Positions 30,601 through 43,210 of a stretch of DNA of 64,000 nt are shown piece after piece. The DNA lies in the NCBI RefSeq assembly GCF_009914755.1, contig NC_060936.1; one strand, written 5' to 3'. The number at the start of each line of letters is the position of its first letter. The first letter of the stretch is position 1. The position numbers and the translations under genes were made by a program. The DNA comes from the human T2T-CHM13v2.0 reference genome, Homo sapiens. The notes under the pieces are model-generated. The model did not search any database, was not told the DNA's origin, and saw only the letters and a program-made list of their open reading frames with translations.

Positions 30601-31843
30601 CTGTAAGCAGCATCAATGGTGCCTGTCATTTCTTCAGTGGCTTAGGGTGCAGTTGGTAGAGGAAGCTGTGGTGAAGTTTTGTTGGGGACTAGGATGCCAG
30701 GTGGGCCAATCTTTGGGCCCCAGTGGTGGCAGCAGTGGTGTGAGTGTGTCTATCTTGAGCGCCAGAGTGGCACTGGTGTTAATGAGTCCAGACAGGCCAT
30801 TTCTTGGGCTTCTAAGTGGCTTGCTTGCATTCTAGCAATGGCAGCGGTGGATCAGGCATAAGGGCAGGTTCCCAAGTTCCTGGGTGGTGGGCATGGAAGG
30901 GGTGATGGCAGTAGCAGTGGCAGGACAACCCTCTGGGACCTAAGTGCTTCACCCTGATATGGGCAGTGGCTGCAATGAGTTGGGAGGACCAGTCCCCAGA
31001 CTCACAGGTGGCATGTGCAGGTGGGTGCCAGCTGCAGTGATAGTGGCAGGTTGGGTAAGCCTGACTTTAGGCCCCCAGGAGAAGTGCTCAGGTATCAATG
31101 GTGGTGGACTGGGCTGATTGCTCCCCAGGTCCCTAGACAGTGTGCATGGGTACTGGGGGTGGAAGGGAGGTGGTGCAGGGCTGTGTGGACCTGACCTTAG
31201 TCTCCCCGGTGGTGCATGCAGGTGCTGACTGTGGTAGCAGAAGCAGGGTAATCTCTTGGCTGCCACAGAATGCTCAGGTAGGGACAGCTGATGAGAGCCA
31301 TCCTTCAGGCCGTTGCGACATTCTCCTAGCTGCACTTCCTGCTACTGGGAAGGGTGGGGTTGCTTTCCTGGGGAGCAGTAGTAGGCAGGCAGCTGGAGAA
31401 TACAGGCTTTGCTCTCACCTCAGCCCTACAGAGCCTACAGGGCAGTGGTTGTGGGCAGTGAAATTTGTCCTCGGGGTGCATGAAAATGCATAGCTGCCCA
31501 TCTGCTGGTGGAGATAGTGCGATAGTTGCCCATGGCCCCTGTCTTGGCCCCAGAAGCAGAGCAGGATGCAGTCCGTGAGGGCTGAGCTCTCAAAATGCCA
31601 CCATGCTGTGGCTGCTTAGGACTTGGGGGTTTATGGGACCCAGCATGAGCTCCTTCTCTGGAGCAATGCCTCTGTGTGGTCTCCAGAGAGCTCCTTATGT
31701 TAGACTGGGGGCCTGTAACGGTCAAGATGCTCTCCCATGGCTAGGACTGTAGGAGTCCACAGCAGGAATGTGGACCACTAAGGGCCTCTCGCTTACCCTT
31801 TCCCCACAAGTAGGGAGCCTCTCCAGACTCACAACCGATCCCG

Positions 31844-32020
31844 GCCAAGCAGACTGCCTTGCTTCTCTCTCCTTCCCAGCCAAGCAGGCTGCCTTGCTTC
31901 TCTCTCCTTCCCAGCCAAGCAGGCTGCCTTGCTTCTGTCTCTCCTTCCCAGCCAAGCAGGCTGCCTTGCTTCTGTCTCCTTCCCAGCCAAGCAGGCTGCC
32001 TTGCTTCTCTCTCTCCTTCC
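31844..32020. repeat. Minisatellite, 5 units of 35-37 bp (gccaagcaggctgccttgcttctctctccttccca)
   Basis: Units start at 31844, 31879, 31914, 31951 and 31986. Confidence 0.95.
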
Positions 32021-34491
32021 TTGCTTTTGGTGCGTCCTGTCACTTCACTGTTGAATTCCAATGTTCTCTCTTAGATGATCTATTTGAAGTTGTATTATCT
32101 ACTCGCTATATTGGTTTCTCTCCATGGAAAAGGTGAGTACCAGATGCATCTTGAAGCCCTCCATCTCTTACAGGGTTATTAAGGAACTTAAATAAGATAA
32201 TCCATGTAAAGCACATGGTACTTTGAAAAACTTTTCAGTACACATTAGTGTCAGGTACTGTAACTGTCTTTAGGGAATTGATGACAAATAAAACCTGGTC
32301 CCTACCCTCAAGCTACTCACAGATCCACAGAACAGACAGAGATATGATTGACGGAGTAACAGAAGGATAGAGACGGCAGTGTACCTGAATAGGTGTTTCA
32401 TAAGCAGGCATATGAGTATCATACTAGCCAGAAGGACTGCTCTGTAACAATAGCCAGAGGCTTTACACTGGTGGCACCTTCAAGGTGTGTGAATAATAAA
32501 GTAAGGGAAGTGAGAAGCAGCAGACAGTGAGGCTGGGGAATGAGACATTGTGGCGTGCAGTAAAGGGCGTGAACTTTGGAGTCAACAAGTCTTTGGTTCC
32601 AATGATGGCTCAATCACAGACCAGATACATGAACACATCCCTTTAACTCTCGAAGAACCATTTGGATGGAAGTTGCATCCAGGGAGAGTGACATGCTTCA
32701 GGCCATTGCAACATTCCAGGAAAATGCTGACAAGGGGCTCAGCCACTCATGGAAACAGTAGGGATGCCAGTGGAAGGAGGGGGTTAAGAGACTCAGTGGG
32801 CATGGAGGCAAAATCAACATCTCGGAGGAACTTCAGATGGGGTGAGTGACATTAAGAGGAATTGACAGTGAAGCCCTTTTATCAAAGCTTTTTGGGCATG
32901 AATTAAAAGAAAAAAAAAAGGAGCGTACATAGACAGCACACAAAAGTCAGCATTACTATTGTGCTTTTATTGCTGAGTTTTCCTTTTGGAAAGAAATCTT
33001 GCCCCTCTCCCCTCCTTTCAGGTTGAGAAAGCTGAGGCCCAGAGTTGCCAAATCACTCTTGCAAGGCCCCGTGGAGGTAGAGGGTGGGGGTGGGGATGCC
33101 CAGTGATGGGGGTTGAAACAAGGATCAAGGTCTCCTTGAGCCAAAGTCATTGGTTCCATGGCCATGTGTAGAAATAGCTATACACTTTCATTTTTAAAAC
33201 CATGTTGTGTGCTATTTAAGTTGGTCTTAAAATGCTGTGTACTGCAGAAAGGGATATGGGCCCTTTTACGAGAGGCCAGTCGATGTCAGGGGCCAGACTA
33301 TAAAAATTGCTACCCGGTGCCTAGGAGGATAAAACCATATCTGGAGAGCTGACCTTGAAACACCAGAGTCCTGAGGTGGTGGCAGTCACACCTCGGGTAG
33401 ACCTTTCTGTCAACTCCATTTCCCTGCCTCCTGCACTGCGAGGCTACCTTCTTGCCTAGGGGGCCGGGCAGAAGAGAGGACTGAGAGCGTTTCAGCACAT
33501 ACCTGTGCCTGCAGGAGCAGACTGGCGAGTCCTCTCCATTTGAGTGCCTTTCTGAGGGTGGAGCTCATGTGTATGAGTGAGGATGGTTGGGGGGAAGAGC
33601 CACAGGGGGTCTCTGCACTCCAGGAGCCGCAAGGGAGGCCGTGAACTTTGCACATGATTCTAGCCAAGCAAGGCGCTTCCTCCGTTGGAAGAGCCAGCCA
33701 GAGCCAGCCAGGCTCAACCCTGTTTTCCTCTGGTTTCAATGGGCAGTGCGCACCTTATGCCCTGCCTGCTGGCCCTGGACTTCTCCAGCATCCCACACAC
33801 AGGTTCTCTGAGCCTCGTCCTGCCCCCACCCAGAGTCCCTCATGCATTGTCTAAGCTGAGAGCAGGCGGCAGCCCCCAGGCCCAGCACAGGCTGGCAGGA
33901 GAAGGCTCTGACCCTGCTACCGCTCCACCCCCCAGCTGTCACTCCCCCTCCATTCCCACTGGCACCATTTGGCAGAGAGCGGCCCCCCACCCCCAACCCA
34001 GCCTGGTCCAGCAGGCACAGCTTAAGTATCCACAGAGACTCTGCCTTTCCTGGGGTTTGGAGCAAGCCAGGCAGGGAGGGAAGGAGGTGGTTTCTGCTGA
34101 CCACAGGCTCAGCAACCACACTTCCCTCTGGGTTCCAACTGCCGCTGGTTGCCGGAGCCCCTCTCCTCCCATGGCTTCTGGTGGGGGATGGCCACGGCCA
34201 CTGCAGAGGCTTTGACAAATTCTGGCTGCTAGGGCTGGGGGAGCCTCGTGTAGGTTCCTATTCCTCCACTCCCTGAGATCCAGCATGACAACAACCACAC
34301 TTGTGTGTCTCTTTTAACCTTTCTAAGAACTGTCCAAACTTTCTCTCCCTAGATCCTGTTTTCCCTACGAGGCAAGCAGGATGCTTAAGATGAACCCTTT
34401 TTGACCAAAGGAGAAATGGAGACTAGAGAGGATGAGATGACTCACGACTGTTTACTGGGTGTGGAACCCACGGGACCTTCCCTGTGCCATA

Positions 34492-34828
34492 CCGTCACCA
34501 GCATCACACACTCACACCGTCACCGGCGTCACACACACACACCGTCACCGGCGTCACACACACACACCGTCACCGGCGTCACACACTCACACCGTCACCG
34601 GCGTCACACACTCACACCGTCACCGGCGTCACACACTCACACCGTCACCGGCGTCACTCACACCGTCACCGGCGTCACACACACACACCGTCACCGGCGT
34701 CACACACTCACACCGTCACCGGCGTCACACACACACACCGTCACCGGCGTCACACACACCGTCACCGGCGACACACACACACACCGTCACCGGCGTCACA
34801 CACTCACACCGTCACCGGCGTCACACAC
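34492..34828. repeat. CpG-rich minisatellite, 14 units of 25 bp (ccgtcaccggcgtcacacac[t/a]caca)
   Basis: ccgtcacc recurs 14 times at 25-bp spacing, with two 21-bp units. Confidence 0.97.
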
Positions 34829-37739
34829 ATTCCATACCCGCCTGGAGGTGCCACAGCATACTCCCAAAAGCCACTGCAGAAACATCTTTGCACTTTTCAG
34901 TTTCCCCTAACATTGAAGAACCTGGAGGTGCCCCACTTAGCGAGTGCACAGGGCAGCCGAGGGGATGCAGTTCCCTTCTGGGCAGCCTCTCCAGGTCTGG
35001 GCACAGAACCTGCCCCTGCTTCTCTTCCAAAGAATGAAGCCCCTCCCAAGCCTGCTGGACTCATATGCTTCGTGATCAATTCCGTGTCCTGCAAGTGTTT
35101 TTCTTTATTGACATGAAAACCTCATGAAAACATGCTTTGTCTGCATTTTCCCGTAGAGGTGATAGGAAGCTTCAAAGGGTAAAGGAAGTTAGAAAAGACT
35201 GGGAAGGGTGAGGACAGATGAGAAAAAGGTGTGCAGCCTGATGTGTGGGCAAGGACAGGTGTGTCTGGAGTTTGCTCCATATATGCCCACCTCTCGGTCC
35301 CTTATGTGGACTTACTGCCTTGGCCCTATCTGGCTTGAGATGAGAATGCCCCCAAGGCCAACACTACTCCTCTCTCCTGAATCCACAGGGCTGACATCAT
35401 TGAGTCCATGCCTCTGCCTCCATGCAGGCCCTTCCCTAAACTCCCCAAATGATAAGCCTGAACCCTGGCCTTCAAGATCTCCAGAGAAGGACATGTTTGG
35501 GTCTCTGTATTTGGATGGTTTCTATCGTCTTCCTTGGATCTAGCCAAAGTCTTTCTTCTGGATTTGTAAAAGATCTCTTCTTCAGAAGAGAAGGAGATCT
35601 CTGTGGAAGAGAGCAGGCATGGTGCCAACAGACAGGAAACGAAGTCACGATGCCGGTCATTTTCCTCTTCTCTTCCCTTTCTTCTCCCCCTCCTCCTTCC
35701 CCATCACCCCGCTGCACCACCCTTGCGACTACTCGTCAGATGTTTCCACTGTGCTGAGCAATGCCTGCCTGTACAGTGCCTTTATGTGTTGTTGATTTTT
35801 GCCATGAGCCTTCAGGCTTCTCCTTGTAGCCCTGACAAGGGAAATCCCATAATGAAGGATTTCACGGAGCTCCACGGGCTGGTGGAGGCTTTTCTTTCCA
35901 TCTGTCATTTTACTTTAAGCCTTGACCTTTCTGTTCCCATGTGAGGCAGTACCAGGAAGGGGCTTGGGCTGGAGAGCAAACGTCTGGGTTTGGACCCCAG
36001 ATTGGGCTGTCAGTGAAGCAGAGAAGATAACCTAGGGTTTCGACAACCTTAAAATAAGTCAAGGAAGACAGCGCACATCCCAGGGGGTACGATGGGGGGG
36101 CAAAGATGGGTGGTGAAGAGTTTAAATAAAGGAGAGCCCCTTGGTTTAGAAGGAGGTCCTACATGGAAGTAGGAAGGCAGAGTAGTCTAGGCGCCCCCCT
36201 CTCTGGCCACCCCTGGCCACTCAGGGATCCCATTTTTACTGAAGAAAGCAGAGGCTTCAGAGTCCAAAATATCTGGGTTTGAATATTGGCCCTACTACTT
36301 GCTGGAAAGTTGGAGCCACGTGGCAAACAACCTTGCTAAGCAACCTTGGGCAAGCTGCTTATTTTCTCTGACTCTCAGTTTCCTCATGTGAAAGTTAGAG
36401 GTCTCAACGCAGACATCACAGGCTGCTCTGCAGCTGGAACAGGATAATGGCAGGTGCTTGGCAGAGCACCTGCACACAGGTAGCGCTTAATCAAGAGTGG
36501 CCACAAGTTTGTTTCAGATGAGGATAGAACCCCAACATAAACTGGAAGATAACAGAGACCAAAATGCCCAGCCTCGGCCTCTCTTTGCTGAGAGAACCCC
36601 CCGAAACTCTCCAGAGGGGCCTCAAAGCAGGACAAACAGCCAATAGGAAAGCAGGCTCAGGGCTTTGATGGCAGTAAAGGGCCATCTTCTGACCAACTTT
36701 CCCATGTCAGGTCGATAGGGAGACTGAAAAAAAAATTACAGTCTCCAAGGCTCCAAGACAAAATACCCACCCGGCACTGCTTTGAAAGGGCAAACCCTTC
36801 GAGATGCACAAGGATTTTGATTGTTTGAAATGTTGGTAACATTTCATCTTCCCAGAGACCTTGTTCATTTATCAGGGTTCTTAAAACCCTTTTGTTCATA
36901 AGCTTGTGGTGAGGACAGAAAACATTCTATCTAATATCAGAGCACAGCTGTTCAGCGACAGAAAGACTTAGGGGAAAAGCCCTTCAAAAAAAAAAAAGGA
37001 AGGGGGGAAAACACCAGGGCTATAAACATGGGAAAAGCGACCGTGGCTGAAAGAAGGCCTTGCAAGCAACAGCTGCCTAACAAGAATATGCTGTTTGGGG
37101 AAGTGTGAGAAAGAGAATGAGCACACTGACAGCAGGGCCTCTGCAAGGGCTCGGTAAACACTGGGACCAAGGCGAGGCCCCCAGAGCTGGGCTCCTCCTC
37201 TCTGTAGGGTTCCTGGCAGTTCTGCACAAGGCCCCAGCCAGGGCCCCTAAAAATGTTTGAAGTAGGTGTGGAACCTTGAGTAACATCTTCTTAAGGGCCA
37301 GTGTGGCTGGGAAAAAAAAAAAAAGGCCTAGTGGAAAACTCTGTCCATCCAATGCCACAGAAGATCAAGAAATATTTTCTAAAAAGGGCTTTGACTGCTC
37401 CTGAAAGCACAAGACAGAGCGAGCAGGGTCAGACCAAGGCAGGGACCGTGTGGCACTAGCCACCGGCTGAGTGAGGCCAGGATGGACAGTTCCGGGGTCT
37501 TGGATTCATTTTCAGCTCTGCATTTTTCAGTCGAGGCTCATGTTGATTTTCACGAATTCCAACAAAGGAAAATCACATCCACATTTATGAAATGTCTGAA
37601 TAGTAGCATTTTAAAAAATGTGGTTTCACATTTTAAGCCAAATTCTAAAAGGGAATAAGGATAAAGTTGATAGAAGAAAATTTTCACTACTGTGAATTAC
37701 AGTCACCTTGTTACGTGATGTTAGCATGTGATAGTTATT

Positions 37740-37960
37740 GCAAGCAGGAGCTCTAGAATCAGAAAGACCTGGGCTTAAATGCTGGTGCTGGGTGACCTTG
37801 AAAAATGTTTCTGCGCCTCTGTGCCTGAGATTCCCCGTCAGTGCAATGAGAATCCGAGCATCTCCTCTACAGGGTTGTCGTGACGGTTCCATGAGCTTCT
37901 ACGTAGGAAGTATCTAGAAGAGGCTTGATCCTAGTGAGCTGCACAAAATTGAAGCTATAA
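37740..37960 (+). mobile_element. MIR SINE
   Basis: ctctagaatcagaaagacctggg...gtgaccttg...ctctgtgcctgagattccc...cagggttgtcgtgacgg. Confidence 0.75.
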
Positions 37961-38133
37961 TTTTAATGAGATGGGAGTTATAATGATTTTGTTGCAGTGA
38001 AAAGAGCCAAGTCAGGAAGCGTGGGAGATCTGAGCTCGACCACTAATTAGATTCCATGCCACCTCCGGGCCTCACTTTCCTCTGTTGGAGGCAAATGATA
38101 CCTGTCTCCTTATCTGACATGAAAGTTATGGTT

Positions 38134-38444
38134 GGCCGAGTGCAGTGGCTCACACCTGTAATCCAAGCACTTTGGGAGGCTGAGGCAGGCGGATCACTTG
38201 AGGTCATGAGTTCGAGACCAGCCTGGCCAACATGGTGAAACCCTGTCTCTACTAAAAATACAAAAAAAAAAAAAAAAAATAGTTGGTGTGGTGGCAGGCA
38301 CCTATAATCCCAGCGACTGGGGAGGCCAAGTCAGGAAAACTGCTTGAACTCAGGAGACGGAGGTTGCAGTGAGCTGAGATTGTGCCACCGCACTCTAGCC
38401 TGGGCGACAGAGTGAGACTCCATCTCAAAAAAAAAAAAAAAAAA
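38134..38444 (+). mobile_element. AluSx/Sz
   Basis: Full dimer; TSD aaagttatggtt at 38122-38133 and 38445-38456. Confidence 0.97.
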
Positions 38445-39350
38445 AAAGTTATGGTTAAAGAGACTTAGGAAGTATAAAGGCATGTATGAATGTGATCTAT
38501 GGTTATTATAAAATCTCCTTATTATGCAATTTATTGTCCCTCATTCAGCAAAATTCTAATGCAAGGACTTTGAATGATCAGCTCATAATTCTACCCGATA
38601 ATCTTGATTCTAATAAATCAATTGCAAAGAGAGAGAAAGAGACATAGTAAGAAGGACAATCGGAGAAATTTGATGATATTAAGGAATTATCGTTCACTCT
38701 TTTTAGTTGTGACAGTTGTACTGTGGACATATGTGTATGTAGGAGAGGGGTCACACCCTGTCACACACGGAGCACTCACAGATGAAATGACACGATGTTT
38801 GGATTTGCCTTAAGGTCATCTGGGTGGAGGGGAACGGGGGTCAGGTATAGAGATAAACACATTGGCCACGTGCTAATAATTGCAGAGGCTGGGTGAGGGG
38901 GCGTGGCAGTTATTTATATGATCTACTTTTATGTTTGAAACGTTTCCATAATAAAAGGAAAACGCAATAACAATGAAATCCAAAAGAGGGATCAATGATT
39001 AAACATCTGTGACGGCAGCTGAGGACCAGGTGGAGAGGCCTGACTGGGAGGGTCAGCTTCCCTGTATACTTTGGATGCAAGGAAGATGCACAGTAACGGG
39101 ACAAAGCTGGACACTGGGCAGCCTGCTACGCACAAGACTGTGTGATGAAGACAAGTCACTTCACCTCTCCAAGCCACAGTTTCTTCATCTTTCAAGTGAG
39201 AATGTGAGACTCAAATGCCCCTTTCAATGTTAATGTAATACGATTTTTAGGGATCTCAAGCAATCAGGTATATCCTGCCAGATTTTCTGAAAGTAATAGA
39301 TAAATCTCACTTTCAAGGAAATGAAACAATTTAAAATATACCAGGAAAAG

Positions 39351-39519
39351 AGCCAGGCACGGTGGCTCATGCTTGTAATCCCAATGAATTGTGAGGCTGA
39401 GGCAGGCAGATTACTTGAGCCCAGGAGTTCAAGGCTGTAATAAGCTCTGATCATATCACTGCATTCTAGCCTGAGCAACAGAGCAAGACCCCAACTCTAA
39501 AAAATAAAAATAAATAAAT
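39351..39519 (+). mobile_element. Alu monomer (FRAM/FAM-like)
   Basis: Single arm with A-rich tail; TSD-like aaaatataccag on both sides. Confidence 0.85.
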
Positions 39520-39539
39520 AAAATATACCAGAAATGTGC

Positions 39540-39545
39540 TTTATT
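39540..39545 (-). terminator. Polyadenylation signal AATAAA
   Basis: tttatt on the plus strand, followed on the minus strand by a U-rich tract. Confidence 0.6.
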
Positions 39546-40091
39546 TAAAGAAGCATGGCAACAGAGTATCTGGCTAAGTGACGGATCTTTTGTGAAGGGT
39601 ATACCTTCCTCCCCAATGTATTTGTGGCTTCAGATTTGCTTAGTACAGTAAAAGGTCAATTGACCAAAACACTCAGAGTTTGCAGAAGTTCTTCCAAACT
39701 TCATTTTTACGAGTGGAATGTTAAGGGAAAAAAAGTCCTTTATGTTTCTCTTGAAATCAGGTAATTTCTCTCAAAAACAGGAGTCTACTTTCCCTTAGGA
39801 AGGCTAGAGCGAGGCATGCAGTCTTCTTGGTGATCTTGCAGGGTTCCAGCTTGAGGTGGCCACAGGGCACCAGCTCTCAGTGTCCGGAACTAGAGAGGCA
39901 GACAGCACAGGTAGAGATCAGGAGGAGTCTGTTGGTTTTATGGTAGATTCTTCTGGAAGTGGGGGACAAAAGAAAGAGGGCCGTTAATGAAAGCTTCTGA
40001 TTGGCTGCCTCAGTTACAGGGCTTTCCTGCATCCTTCATTCCCAAATGGGCTTCTCACATTTCTCCTTGTTACCTTAAGGACTCGGAACAT

Positions 40092-40407
<316 letters not shown>

Positions 40408-40699
40408 CTAATACGTGGCCTGCAAATCTCTCTCTCATTTCTTCCAAAAAGCACCTGATTTTGTCTACCAAGGATTCAACACTATTTTGTCCTGTTAAGG
40501 GCACCCTGTCTCACTGATCATTAAAAAACCAACCTAGAAATGTCTTTGAACAGTCAGTAAAAGCCCACATCTTTTGAACAACTACTGTATACAGACACTG
40601 GCCGGGAGCTACGGGAGATATAAGGGAGTAAAAAAGACTCTGACTTCTTTTGGTTGAGACACAAACCAGGGACAAATCACAGATTTTGATGGCTGGGGT

Positions 40700-40890
40700 T
40701 CCAATATTGTGTTTGAGTCCCAGCTCATCCTGTAGCCACTGAGCACTTAGGCCCCCATTTCCTTCTCTGTAATATGGTGATAAAAACAACATCAACTCAT
40801 GGGGTTCTTGGGAGAATTAAATGGATAACCCCATAAAGCAGTTACAGCGGTAGGTGGCACATGGTAAGTGTTCAATAAATGTTGTCTGAT
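40700..40890 (+). mobile_element. MIR SINE
   Basis: tttgagtcccagctc...gagaattaaatggataa...ggcacatggtaagtgttcaataaatgtt. Confidence 0.75.
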
Positions 40891-41879
40891 CATCTGAGAA
40901 ATGTACTCATGCAAGAAGCCGCTAACACCAGGAGATGCCACACCAGCGAGGTCACATGATACCTAATAGCCAAGGCCAAACGAATAGTAGAGAGGGTATA
41001 TTTGCTGCAGGAGAATAGGGTATGAGTGTTCTTGGGGGCACCAGGACCAACTGGGCCAGCTTCCAGAGTGTCTGAGACTTCTGTCACCCAAATGACTGGT
41101 TTGAGCCACAGCCCACCCAGGGATGAATGTGGAGCAGCCTGGACCTCAGCACACTTGGGGTTTCTGTCCCCCAAAAAGAACTTGGAGTCTTACGGGTGTG
41201 GGGGATGGCTGGTCAGGAAGGGATTCGCAGAGTGGAGTCACTGGCGCCAGGGACTCAAAGATGGACAGGATTCCCAAAGGTTAGGGGCAGAGATAATAAA
41301 GAGGCCAGCCTAAGGGCAGCCCGTCTACTCTTTCTAGAGGCCCCCTTGATGGTCACCTCTTCCAGGGTTGAACATTATGCACTGTTGGGAACGGATTCCT
41401 CTCTCTCCCTGAAATTCCCCAGCTGCTGCTCAAACAGAAACCTACTTTTGCTTGCCTGGCTCTTGGTGGAGCTGTTACCTACATCCCCTCTCCTAAAGAG
41501 CAGCCCTTCTCAGAGCTGAGGGCTGAGGTCCCATCAGCCCTTCCCTCGGGCTTTCTCCTCTCCCGAGGACCATGTTCTGCTGGCCTCCTGGAAGCCATGA
41601 CTCGCCTTTGTGCACGGCCCAGCACAGAGAAGCCAACCCTCGAGGGGACTTTGAGGTCTCCCCTGGCAGGGACCCAGGCTTGTGGCTGCTGTGTAGTTGC
41701 TGTCTCCACCGCCTCCACCTTCCAGAGCTGTAGGGGACACAGCTGCCACTGGCACCCCTTCCCAGTTCAGCTCAGAGACTTTATTCTCAGGACCCTGGCA
41801 TTCCACTCTGGGCCATCGCGGGGGATTTCAAGTGAAAAACAAAACAGAACAAAAACTGAGGAATGTCTTCCTCGGTGAA

Positions 41880-42290
41880 ACAGAAGCCCAGCTCTGTCAC
41901 TTACTAGCTGGGTGACCTGGGGAAAATTACATGACTTTTCTGTGCTTCGGTTTCCCAATGTATTAAACAAGGATAATAGTAATTTCTATTGCGCCTGTTT
42001 GGAGGAGTGAGTGAGTTGATATAAAGGATGCGTTTAAAACAGTGCCTTTTACAGCATTAGGGAACTATTGGCATGTTGTTCTTTTATAGTGGTTAAGGGT
42101 GCAGGGTACTGAATCAGGCAGACGGTGGAGACATCAATTCACCTCTCTGAGCTTCAGTTTCTTCATTTTCTTAAAATGAGGATAATGACAGTACCTACCC
42201 GTTAGACTGTGGGAGGACCAAATGAGGTGATGCACGCTGGTGGTTTTATGTGAATGATTTAGCGCAGTCCTTGGCATGTAGTGAACCAGA
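41880..42290 (+). mobile_element. Two tandem MIR fragments
   Basis: cccagctctgtcacttactagctgggtgacctggggaaa; cctctctgagcttcagtttcttcattttcttaaaatgaggataat. Confidence 0.75.
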
Positions 42291-42307
42291 AAAAGGCTTA
42301 CACCTTT

Positions 42308-42603
42308 AAAAGAAAGAAAGAAAGAAAGAAAAATCTTGAAAGAACAAAGGAAGGAAGGGAGAGAGAGAGAGACCAAGAGAGGGAGGAGAGGAGGGAGGGA
42401 GAAAGAAAGAAGGAGAGAAAGGGAGGGAGGGAGGAAGAAAGAGAGAAAGAGAGAGACAGAGAAAGAGAGAAAATAAAAGATAGAAGGAAAGAGAGAAAGG
42501 AAGGAAGGGAGGGAGGGAGGGAGGAAAGAAGGAAGGAAGAAAGGAAGGAAGGAATGAAGGAAGGAAGGAGAAAGGGAAGGAAGACAGGGAGGGAGGAAGA
42601 AAA
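42308..42603. repeat. GA-rich polypurine low-complexity tract
   Basis: (GAAA)n/(GGAA)n/(GGGA)n/(GA)n mosaic. Confidence 0.95.
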
Positions 42604-42989
42604 CCCTGGCTGAAAAAATAATGACCAAACTCATTAGAGATCTAAGACAGGCAACCCAGCCTCCAAAATGCAGCTGGCTACAACAGCGCCTCCAGTCTGC
42701 AGCCTCCTCCAGAGTGGTCTCCACGCTGGGTTATCCTCATGCCCTCTTACTGTTCCTGGTCTGGGGTCTTGCACATCATAGCCACTGAAGTAAACAAGTG
42801 TCAGATGAACAGCATGTTTAAACATGTCTACTCAGCCCCCAGGAAAACAGGGGAGGAAAAAGAATCCTTTTAGAATGTTACTCTACTTGTTCAACACACA
42901 GGGTTCTACCATCCAAGAGGTGGCTGTGTGAGGGTGGCAGAGATGGCATGAACCAGCCACCGGGCTGTTGAGGGTAGTAGTGAGTGCCC

Positions 42990-43210
42990 AGGCTTTGGCT
43001 TTTGAGAGACTGTGGTTCATGTCTTGATTCTGCCCATTTCTGGCTGCAGGATTTGGGCAAGTTTCTTAATCTTTCTAAGCCTCAGTTTCCCTCATCATAA
43101 AATGGAAATTGTAAAACTTACCTCATTAAGGAGTTGTGAGAATTAAACGAATTATTTGTAAGATACAGACAGTGCCTGGTAGAGGTAAGTGCTTCATATA
43201 TTTGGGCTGT
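42990..43210 (+). mobile_element. MIR SINE
   Basis: ttgggcaagtttcttaatctttctaagcctcagtttccctcatcataaaatgg. Confidence 0.85.

Larger units (their letters stand above)
25050..32167 (-). mobile_element. Near full-length, inactive L1MA-type LINE-1 (5' UTR, ORF1, ORF2, 3' UTR remnants) inserted into a MIR
   Basis: ORF2 endonuclease remnants (KVNRLNFPFKRYRL at 29055-29255; IISSIFSDHN at 28427-28672); L1MA 3' UTR at ~25050; GC-richer 5' region at 30500-32160; degenerate TSD ttgtagggtttttaa (25036-25050) / ttacagggttattaa (32168-32182); MIR sequence on both flanks; many stops and an internal deletion near 26440. Confidence 0.9.

Noticed and set aside
31722-32136. Repetitive ORFs (QGSLLGWEGE / PSQPSRLPCF)
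   Set aside because: Products of the 35-bp minisatellite.
25050-32167. Potentially active full-length L1
   Set aside because: ORFs are fragmented by stops and frameshifts, an internal deletion, an Alu and a templated insertion.
34492-34828. CRISPR-like appearance of the repeat array
   Set aside because: No unique spacers and no cas genes; this is a eukaryotic head-to-tail minisatellite.
34401-35116. Three overlapping 169-210 aa His/Thr/Arg-rich ORFs
   Set aside because: They arise because the minisatellite lacks plus-strand stop codons; the same peptides cycle through all three frames, with no gene structure.
42134-42724. 196-aa Leu/Ser/Phe ORF and opposite-strand Glu/Arg/Lys ORF
   Set aside because: Translation of the GA-rich low-complexity tract.
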